From the sequence record PV796108.1: 64,000 bases of DNA, one strand, 5' to 3'. Below are positions 57,901 to 64,000 of the stretch, piece after piece (the first letter of the stretch is position 1; each line of letters starts with the position of its first letter). Made by a program: the position numbers and the translations under genes. The notes beneath the pieces are model-generated. The model made no database searches, was not told the DNA's origin, and saw nothing but the letters and a program-made list of their open reading frames with translations.

Positions 57901-58813
57901 GGATAACGCCACTAGCACTAAATCTTTGCCATTCATTATTTATAGATGGTTTTGCTCCTGCACTGAATGTGCCTGTTCTCGTATTATCATCTTTTTCGCA
58001 GATGATTTCGATATTAATACCGCCGTCTACTGCTGCTACATCTGGAGTCATTACATAGAAAGAAGCTGTATGAACTTTCCCTATCATGAAAGGCATATTT
58101 ATTTGTTCAAGACCTCGATATACGTTCCCAGTGTTTCCAGTTTGAACAGATTTCAATGTAGGGTATCCACGGAAAGCAACCGCAGTATCAATAGATACGT
58201 TTGCAACTTTTGTGTAATAAGTCATACCTTTCCTAAATGTAGAATCACGGAAGATATTTTCCCCACCAATTTCAATTTTGCTAGGGTCATATCCAGCTTC
58301 ATATTGTGTGCTTGAACCAACAACAATAGCATCAGCTTTTATTAGAAGCTTATTATTCGATGTGTAGAATAAACCTTTAATTCTATCGTCTGTTGTTAAT
58401 GACGTCCAAGTGTTTGTCGCATCAACAGGTGGCTTGGTGCCAGTGATAAAATCGTAAGTAGGTTTAGAAGATAATGTGTTCCAAGCAATAGAACCGCCTG
58501 TCATATTGATATTACCTGTTACCGATAAGTTACCTTCAGCATCTACGCCAAAGATCGTACTGTTTCCAGCAATCTTCGTAAGGTTAATACCAGCCGTAGC
58601 ATTTAACATTAACTTATTCTTACTACTTACAACAGTAACACCGCTTGTGTCTATCTTAACACCATTGTAGTCAGCACCAACTTGGACAGAAGTTTTACCT
58701 TTGTCCCAGCCTGTTTTATTGGCATCAATAGTTGTACTAGATAGATTACCGTATTCCAAGTTTAACACTTCTTGGTATTCTTTAAAGTCATTCCATAGTG
58801 TTAATTTAGCCAT
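51914..58813 (-). CDS. large tail fibre/receptor-binding protein B (2299 aa), paralog of A
   Basis: same MAKLTLWND start and near-identical C-terminus as A; CBM-like repeats and an F5/8 type C-like domain. Confidence 0.85.
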   Translation of the reverse strand: MAKLTLWNDFKEYQEVLNLEYGNLSSTTIDANKTGWDKGKTSVQVGADYNGVKIDTSGVTVVSSKNKLMLNATAGINLTKIAGNSTIFGVDAEGNLSVTGNINMTGGSIAWNTLSSKPTYDFITGTKPPVDATNTWTSLTTDDRIKGLFYTSNNKLLIKADAIVVGSSTQYEAGYDPSKIEIGGENIFRDSTFRKGMTYYTKVANVSIDTAVAFRGYPTLKSVQTGNTGNVYRGLEQINMPFMIGKVHTASFYVMTPDVAAVDGGINIEIICEKDDNTRTGTFSAGAKPSINNEWQRFSASGVIPEGTTKVRVCCRVWKNGTAYIALPMFEQGSKPSEHRVSKEDIAESIKDSVDGINIGAARNYLFNGDFRYYNEVLPGTIGWDESLNGLLTPNQPWSNGYNSGTTNPTVGYHAHLNTSKFGYPVLEFINKNNQFDMKNRWLGFSQWISPERLAQMKFEGGKEYTISFEMMTDDVNYKLSAGFHHTPVGSTTGQFRDYIWHVGPSAINTWEKASFTFKVDDKFDLTKPINFYFYGAQVSANPEAQGWIRNVKWEDGNKATSFSIAPEEQEQEAIAASNRSDIVKVRYIRDWSRGSDKNDVNHWVQIKAMRNGTNVASRMVVVTNGVASTTNPLSNITNENLTSGNYGEVASSGTNPRFVQIDLTKIYDDLDFIQVWRYYNDNRIYKETKTEVSVDGRNWTPLFDSAKSGTYQETDKGFIIPVNTGRYVNTVNTNFSVMDGKISSKVEGTTYTADKQAMEKRMTSVEQTSKGIDVILKQEGGNKVVDGRAIIGQINLTPADAKIRFENIELQGKVTFSAFDTTTANTINNKVDGNYVKNEIGKVNIGVRNMVTGTMFNTVNGWQKWSASPTSVSVVWDSWNNFNFLKMESIIDGKQQVVPANTAVGMVGYGRTFEVKKGIEYTVSMVVATSELNNTLDYLYLMYSDGGNNQGLPTVRTTDFPIATPIANGSSTNYYNVSYSFIPNRDDKKACLLIAGRTGRDLTGSNGYAWIRVNNLKVEVGNKATAWAPAPEDYYSYMDDMEVGALNYLDNSNLASGSLAPFLSMNANNAIQNITDLNGFSKGIRMETKADTDCWAYIDLVVEPGKYTISAYMKSESSNLSLGMRDGNSTLTYDIRQMDSSYYNDKKWHRLSITVEFKTQYARLYFGASKTPTAGILYLTGMQFEKGDKMTAWKPSIGDVDAQIATAEQNAKDYTNVISSNESSYFNRNYNFADWTGQLPNGYSGLVGPAPAKIASPNGNGNSVKFTTTAGANGYFNIYAWDKPFYEYIYVEATFKLESGSINPAGILFRHWRADKSSIYYDSVFKFKDVVPNPVLNKWYTVSKVFKVPTNADHGGYGVYPMASWGTIDSALAANVLYFDSVITRPATSEEIKAYDSKVLLDQKSSVWSNASTLVDSWKGAAQNGKTTINGGLIQTNTILADKIAIGDFTNLSSINEDRDNLPYTVVTIGTKRYIKIGQQAYATATFADANTMEFKVKDQYYLACYGYKETSMNVNFIVRYHYTDGTWTNAGIVGFPMTTTYGLIEAKLTITAEPTDGKTIKRVQFFSEKDSSTTGFYYMRQIELRKMYSGSLLVNGTITAENLAVNSVNAGHIQTNAVNATHIQAGAITTNELSVLAKDLVNNFSNTNSLEGYTIGTGGTISIVNDPKGQYGKVMKMTTAADLQIYSQMFEVNSSKTYRVKVSAYMPSPTATTRLYFGVLAYNANKTLIGMKQFDYASGIFDSDYFTTNPYFYLSGAGTKFTEWVDMEALVLPTTISKAEQVGRPLNTNTALIMHPDTRYLSIRFFHHYPKANVDSYYAHPSVVATDSGMFTFDQAVGGTLRLGTDTGNGFLQVVKKGTQGQQETVGQIDETGAYFPKIQADQFIGNIIGMEMEGRDVYFDSVNGNDNNPGTKASPKRNIQSYLDGIGKYLSERIGIWLQNGQIDAPLIIKGFFGPGTMTIGGADSVKRNAYGNFVVYGVTCNLYLQHWIFQGKDNFTAPGTDACVYVWASTNVDIYNCKLYANKKVDMGISVVRGGFARVTYTEIYDVKNRGLSVIYNSGAWVGWGCKGGRNPIAILTSDYAWVQGDYNVDNGSSATRWDGSIARWGFTYVGGYNRDGVNWRSDVWTIDYGEATPPPPPPPSEYVREWSSLGGQNWSANGYWDDEIYVKQGTWGYGNRTGIWWFSSDLANTLRGKTILDAQLYITRYSKGGNSGAREARIVAHQYADGRPGNNPIVSGEYTSDWFSWGEGKWVNVTSFVQNKIANGVDKGFGLKFDGSSANYMAFLPQAKLWVKYK

Positions 58814-58833
58814 TTAAATTTCTCCTTTCTCAA

Positions 58834-59577
58834 TTATTTAGGCATCGTCATTTGTATTGGTTCTTCTGTAATAACGATATCAGCCCAGTACGTTTGACTA
58901 GAACCATCCATTGCATTACTCAATAGATAATCTTCTGAGATTGTTGGAAGAGGTGTGCCACGTCTATCCACAATTTCAATCTTAGCTGTAATTTCTCCAC
59001 GTTCATTCATGATTGCATTTATATCTCTTGTCTTTTGAATCTGCAAATAGTATTGGTCATGATTACGTTCAATTGGAGCAACAGGTAATTCTTTTCCGTT
59101 TCTATCGCAGAATAGATAAGCTGTTTCTTCTGTATAGATTTCTCTATTTGCTTGAGATGTGAAGTCATCTCCACGAAGAATTAATCCTATCTCACCTTGT
59201 TTAATGAAATGAATTGCATCAATCTGCTGACTAAGTGCTGTTACTTCTTTCTGCATATCAGCCAACATACCATCAAAGATATGGTCATAGCTTGCAGTAA
59301 TCTTTTCTAATAGAAGAGAGTTGTGGAATAAGTAATTTAAATCCACCTGCATATTGGCACCAATCTGATTATGGGTTTCAGAATCCAATCTATCAGTCTG
59401 TAATAATAGTTTTGATAATGGTTCATGCTTCTCTGCTACTTTCGCAAGAGCACGTTTAAATTCTTCTTCTGTATATACTGTATTAAATAAATCATCATAG
59501 TTTTGAAGAACTCGTTCTACTTCAATACGTTGACTCTTAGGTAATACTTCAAGATATCCTTTTAAATAAGAATTCAT
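58834..59577 (-). CDS. putative baseplate/tail protein, paralog family member
   Basis: LDSETHNQ...DLNYLF plus coiled coil; start MNSYLK. Confidence 0.6.
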   Translation of the reverse strand: MNSYLKGYLEVLPKSQRIEVERVLQNYDDLFNTVYTEEEFKRALAKVAEKHEPLSKLLLQTDRLDSETHNQIGANMQVDLNYLFHNSLLLEKITASYDHIFDGMLADMQKEVTALSQQIDAIHFIKQGEIGLILRGDDFTSQANREIYTEETAYLFCDRNGKELPVAPIERNHDQYYLQIQKTRDINAIMNERGEITAKIEIVDRRGTPLPTISEDYLLSNAMDGSSQTYWADIVITEEPIQMTMPK

Positions 59578-59927
59578 TTGTTTTCCTCTCTCTCTACCGT
59601 AGTTGTAATATGACGAACCCACGGCCCAGGTTCTTCACCAACTGCTCTCATTCTAATATGGGGTGCAGCAGCTGGAATAATTTCATCTTGTACATAAACC
59701 CAAGTACCATCATTGGCACGAATACGAATTTGAGGATTGAAGGATGCGTTGATTTCAACTCGTTCTCTAATCATCCTTGCAAAGTCAGAAGGTATATCTC
59801 CTTTAGCATTAGAACGGATTCGATACTTTACATGAGGCCCAACTGATTTTGGGTCTTTTGTTGTAGTGGAATCGTACTTACCATATTTGTATCTTTTTCC
59901 GTATTTGAACCTACCATATCGAGGCAT
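59574..59927 (-). CDS. small virion-associated protein with N-terminal YG repeats
   Basis: MPRYGRFKYGKRYKYGKY; RBS aaaggggat. Confidence 0.6.
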   Translation of the reverse strand: MPRYGRFKYGKRYKYGKYDSTTTKDPKSVGPHVKYRIRSNAKGDIPSDFARMIRERVEINASFNPQIRIRANDGTWVYVQDEIIPAAAPHIRMRAVGEEPGPWVRHITTTVEREENK

Positions 59928-59947
59928 ATTCGAAATCCCCTTTCATA

Positions 59948-59973
59948 TAAAAAAGAGGGCTTTCACCCTCTTT
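59948..59973 (-). terminator. intrinsic terminator overlapping promoter start region
   Basis: AAAGAGGGT-GAAA-GCCCTCTTT-TTT. Confidence 0.75.
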
Positions 59974-59974
59974 G

Positions 59975-60004
59975 AACGTAACCACTTGCAGTTAGTGTAG
60001 TCAA
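59975..60004 (-). promoter_or_regulatory. putative promoter, class 1 (TTGACT-N18-TACGTT, spacer ends GTGGT)
   Basis: directly after fibre C stop codon. Confidence 0.65.
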
Positions 60005-60012
60005 GATAATTC

Positions 60013-63000
60013 CTAGTTTAGGTAGCCTACAAAGTATAGGTTTCCGTTTGGAGTGAATGTTGTATTGTGACCAGTTTCACCCACATTAAACTTCTTCCAA
60101 ACTTTAGAAGCATCCATACTTGCAACATACCACTTACTATTTGAACCATCGTACATGATATAACCTGTCGCTCCACCAGTTGTCAGGTATCCTTTTGTGA
60201 CACCCATTCTTGCACCGTTCACAATCAGATAACCATCTTTGGTTTTGTCTGGATTACCAAGGTCATCATAACCATGGAAGAAGAACTTCTCTACACCACC
60301 TACGTTTTCTACTGTAGACATAAGTCCTTTTGTAGAAAGGCGGTTAGCAGTTTCAACAACATAGTTTTTACTGTTTACTTCTGTTGTAACATCTTCGAAT
60401 GTAAGCATATCGACTTGAGCAACACCAGCAGTATCCCCACCGTAGTTCACAATAAACATTGGACGAACATATACAGTTCCAGCTCTAAATGTTTTATGCG
60501 TGTCCCCGATACCAGTAATTAAACCAGTAAATGTTTGCCATCCATCTGTTACTTTTAGTGTCGGTCCATCAGCAGCGAAGTAACGATGAGCACCTTGCCC
60601 ACCAGTAAGGTTCTTATATTTACCATCAAGTGTAGCTACTCCAGCAAAAACCTTGTTAATGTTGTTGCCGTTAGTAACTTTCTGCTTTACACGGAAAGTC
60701 ATACGATATGTTTTATTCGTATCGACGGGGATAGCATTCTTTGAAAATACAATCTTGTTGCCATTGAGTTCTAATGCACTACCGCCGTTCGCACCTGCTC
60801 CACTAATCTGTTGGAAACCAGCTTGCCCTGCTAGTGATGGTGGACTCTCATCTTCTGAAATGGAAGAGTACAACATGATTGATCGTTCGAAGAATGGGTC
60901 TTGCAAATTCTTGAATGATGCACTAGGGTCATATCCTTCGTTGAAGATATTGTCGGGACCAATCTGGATTAAGTCCGCTTTGATTTTACCAGTAGTAATC
61001 GTAGTTCCATCAAAGACCGTTACGCCAGGTCGGAATACATCAGCTGGGATATTCTTATTAGAAGTTTCCCAAGGTGGACGCCATTGCATATTCATTCTTG
61101 CTCCGCCAGTACCTTCGATATACTCAATAGAGATTGCATTCCATGTATTTGCTTCTAACGTAACAGTAGCTGTTCTATCAGCTGTTTGATACACTGGGCT
61201 ATCTATAATTACTGTGTTATTCAAAGTGACTTTTACACCATCATCAGCTTGAGCAATGATTGTGTAGTTACCTGTTTGTTTAGCGAATAGATATCCTTGC
61301 CAACGAATAGAGAAATTATCTACAGTAGGAGCAATGATTCCTGGTCCACCTGTTCCCCAATCAAATGAGATTACAGGGTCAATCTTTTGACCAGCATAGT
61401 TTTCGAAGTTTTTACCTCTGTAGTAATGACCAGTTAAACCAACTTCACGAGCTGCTACAGTCATATGTTCAGCAGAGATACTTCCAGCCGCAATCTTATC
61501 AGCTGTAATTGCACCAACTGAAATGTCCTCATCAGTATGAAGTTGCCACTGAGTCGCTACACTACCTCGTTGAAGCATAGGACGAGAACCCCAGATTGTA
61601 CCATTACGTACAACATAGAATCTTGCTCTAGCTTTCACAGCATTAGCAGGTGCAGTACCTGTAACAGTGACGTAACTCCAAGTATTATTCGTAGGAGGTA
61701 CGAATGACTTTGTTGAAGTTCCGATACGAGTTGTTGCATTGTACCATTCAATTTCTAGGTTTGCACCTTGGTCTAGTAATGTTCTATCTTCTACGAATGA
61801 GTTAGCAGATAAAGTGAATTGCTCTCCTGGACTAACTGGAGTAAATTCAGAGAACACTCCCCACCAAATATCTGCTGCTTGCCCTGTTACGCTTACCTTG
61901 ATACTGTTTGTAGTAAAGAACTTCTTCGTTACATCAACAGTCCAAGTTCCACCAAGACCAGGTGCAGAAGCAGTCCAGTATTTAGGAGTACCGAAATCAT
62001 ACGCTGTTTCATGTAATAACTGTTGAGCAGAAACATTTAAGTTACCTGCATTAATCGTACCAGCATCTAAGTTAATGATTTTTACTTTAGCCGCATCCAT
62101 TGTTCCAGTAGTAATAGAGTCAGCTCGAATCTCAAGCTTGTTACCATTCTTAATGAACATACCTTTAATGTCGTCATTACCTGTTAATTCTTTATAGGTA
62201 TTAGTTGCATCAGTTGGAGGCTTTGTCCCAGTGATCTTAGAATAGTCAGGACCGTTACCAGTAACCTTATCCCATGAGATGCTACCACCTTGCATGTTAA
62301 TATTACCAGTGATAGTTAAGTTACCTGTTGAGCTATCTACACCAAAGACAACAGCACTATCAGATGTTCTTAGAATCTCGATACCTTTTGTAGCATTCAG
62401 TGTTGTTTTGTTTTTCGAGCTTGTGATTACAACACCATTCGCAGTATCAATCTTCACACCATTATAATCTTGTGCTGGCTTAATACTATTATCAGCATTG
62501 TCATTAATTGTTTTAGCAGTTGTAGAAAGGAGTTTATCCATACTGTCGTATAGTTCTCTCCATTTTAAATCCCAATCTGTTTTAACAATTGTGAGGTTGT
62601 TTGCATTTGCATTATCCCAAGGACGAGGAGAAAGAGTTTCAAGGTATCCTTTTAAAGCTACATACTTTGTCTCTACTGCTTTGTAGTCTGCATTGCTATC
62701 TCCTAGCTTCGCTTGCCTTGCTTGTAAACGAACGTGGTATATTTCACCGACAGTACCAGAATCAATAGCAGTGATTGCAGGAAGAGTATTTCCAGAAGGA
62801 GCTGCACCTAGAAGGAATGTTAATGAGTCTTTAATCTCTTTTCTTTCTGAAGGAGTTAGGATGTTGTCTTTAGACATATCAGCTATGTCAGTAACAGTTT
62901 TGTTCCACTTGTCTTTTACTGCTTGAGCAAGTTGAGCTTCTGTTAATCCGCCTACGATTTCTAAGAAACCATTTGTGATTTTCATACCGTCGCCACTAAT

Positions 63001-64000
63001 TACTACATTACCTTTAGCTGACTCAGCTTTGAAACCAAAGTCACCCATTGTAATAGCAGTAGGAAGTGGGCCAGCCAGATTCAAGTCATCTCGTAAACCT
63101 AAGTTAATTAAGTTAGGATTATATCCATCTTCAAAAGTTGTTGTTTTACCAACACGGATACGAGCTGCATCAATAATACCCGATGTAATCTTAGTTGCAT
63201 CTAGGTTTCCAATTTGAGCATTAGAGATAGCACCTTCTGCAATGATTGCACTACCAGCAGTAATTGTACCTACTTGGATATGGTTTGCATTAATCTCCTG
63301 TGCTTTAATCTTATCACCAGTAATTGTTTCAGCGACGATATGTTTAGCTAGTACAGATTCAGCAGCGATAATACGTCCGTCTACTTCACCATCACCAATC
63401 TTAGGATTCGTAATAGCTCCATCAGTGATACCTTCGTTGTATACACCCTTTTCATCATAGAGAACGGTTTGTCCATCTGCACCACGAACACGGAAACCGT
63501 ATTGCGTACCATCACCATTTACATCACCAATAGATACACGTTCAACAGGAACTTGGCTTCTATCGAATACTTGCAATCTATTAGACTTAATCTTTAGTAA
63601 CCCATCTGGACCTTGAACAGTAACTAAACCTGTATCAATCTGACCAGCTTTAATTTTATTTGCAGTTAAGCTAACAATCTTCGCATCCGTGATACTAGCA
63701 TCAGCAATCTGTACAGAGTCGATAGTACCTTCTTTAATAACAGCGCCATCAATTTTACCTAAGTCAGCAGAGATAACACCAGTAGCAATGTGGATAGCTT
63801 CAATAACATTAGCTTGAATATGTTTTGCATCCAATTCACCAATAACAGCTGTATTGATTTTAGCGGAATCTGCATTCATGTTTTCAGCATAGATGTTCAT
63901 TGCTTCAACAACATTTGCCTTCATACGTTCGGCATTAATATCACCAGCAGTAATTTTCGTAGCATTTAAATTTCCGATAGCCGCATCTTTGATTACAGCC
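60013..64000 (-). CDS. large tail protein C (5' end outside window) with beta-helical I.A..I repeats, PA14-like domain and CBM-like domains
   Basis: frame stays open from 63924 to the window edge; GLTGHYY...DP.I.FDWG.G.P...DNFSIRW.G (PA14). Confidence 0.8.
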   Translation of the reverse strand, partial: AVIKDAAIGNLNATKITAGDINAERMKANVVEAMNIYAENMNADSAKINTAVIGELDAKHIQANVIEAIHIATGVISADLGKIDGAVIKEGTIDSVQIADASITDAKIVSLTANKIKAGQIDTGLVTVQGPDGLLKIKSNRLQVFDRSQVPVERVSIGDVNGDGTQYGFRVRGADGQTVLYDEKGVYNEGITDGAITNPKIGDGEVDGRIIAAESVLAKHIVAETITGDKIKAQEINANHIQVGTITAGSAIIAEGAISNAQIGNLDATKITSGIIDAARIRVGKTTTFEDGYNPNLINLGLRDDLNLAGPLPTAITMGDFGFKAESAKGNVVISGDGMKITNGFLEIVGGLTEAQLAQAVKDKWNKTVTDIADMSKDNILTPSERKEIKDSLTFLLGAAPSGNTLPAITAIDSGTVGEIYHVRLQARQAKLGDSNADYKAVETKYVALKGYLETLSPRPWDNANANNLTIVKTDWDLKWRELYDSMDKLLSTTAKTINDNADNSIKPAQDYNGVKIDTANGVVITSSKNKTTLNATKGIEILRTSDSAVVFGVDSSTGNLTITGNINMQGGSISWDKVTGNGPDYSKITGTKPPTDATNTYKELTGNDDIKGMFIKNGNKLEIRADSITTGTMDAAKVKIINLDAGTINAGNLNVSAQQLLHETAYDFGTPKYWTASAPGLGGTWTVDVTKKFFTTNSIKVSVTGQAADIWWGVFSEFTPVSPGEQFTLSANSFVEDRTLLDQGANLEIEWYNATTRIGTSTKSFVPPTNNTWSYVTVTGTAPANAVKARARFYVVRNGTIWGSRPMLQRGSVATQWQLHTDEDISVGAITADKIAAGSISAEHMTVAAREVGLTGHYYRGKNFENYAGQKIDPVISFDWGTGGPGIIAPTVDNFSIRWQGYLFAKQTGNYTIIAQADDGVKVTLNNTVIIDSPVYQTADRTATVTLEANTWNAISIEYIEGTGGARMNMQWRPPWETSNKNIPADVFRPGVTVFDGTTITTGKIKADLIQIGPDNIFNEGYDPSASFKNLQDPFFERSIMLYSSISEDESPPSLAGQAGFQQISGAGANGGSALELNGNKIVFSKNAIPVDTNKTYRMTFRVKQKVTNGNNINKVFAGVATLDGKYKNLTGGQGAHRYFAADGPTLKVTDGWQTFTGLITGIGDTHKTFRAGTVYVRPMFIVNYGGDTAGVAQVDMLTFEDVTTEVNSKNYVVETANRLSTKGLMSTVENVGGVEKFFFHGYDDLGNPDKTKDGYLIVNGARMGVTKGYLTTGGATGYIMYDGSNSKWYVASMDASKVWKKFNVGETGHNTTFTPNGNLYFVGYLN

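Noticed and set aside
45518-63460. Numerous 60-180 aa + strand ORFs inside the tail genes
   Set aside because: Expected antisense open frames from the codon bias of long minus-strand genes; no RBS or recognisable motifs
1-64000. tRNA, rRNA, IS elements, integrase or att sites
   Set aside because: No cloverleaf, rRNA-like, transposase or recombinase signatures seen; intergenic spaces are short (under about 150 nt)

Overview
This window is a gene-dense, AT-rich segment of a large tailed phage or phage-plasmid, most likely infecting the Bacillus cereus group (inferred from the Amidase_3 endolysin, XkdW/XkdX-like genes and strong Firmicute-type RBSs). No rRNA, tRNA, CRISPR array, integrase, reverse transcriptase, capsid or DNA polymerase gene is visible. 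Layout: (1) 1-11.7 kb, + strand: TMK, TK, Hjc-like resolvase, SNF2 helicase, sigma factor, DUF2325 protein and many small ORFs. (2) 11.8-20.8 kb, mostly - strand: Cas4-like nuclease, Vsr-like nuclease, second sigma factor, RuvC, ClpP-like protein, degenerate AddB-like nuclease, PIN-PhoH. (3) 20.9-33.5 kb, + strand: Rad52/Sak annealase, AEP primase, DnaB-like helicase, two homing-endonuclease-type genes, then an accessory operon (lipoprotein, GspS-type ATP-grasp ligase, vWA, VOC, 2OG-Fe(II) oxygenase) and an sce7726-like nuclease. (4) 33.5-64 kb, - strand: lysis cassette (two holins, endolysin, ECF S-component-like membrane protein), a family of putative baseplate/tail proteins sharing an N-terminal motif, and three very large modular tail-fibre genes, the last truncated by the window edge. 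Strongest leads: the ATP-grasp accessory operon, the three fibres sharing a module, and a repeated promoter motif often overlapping terminators. All assignments come from motif recognition by eye; no searches were run. Several starts were moved to the best RBS-supported codon.
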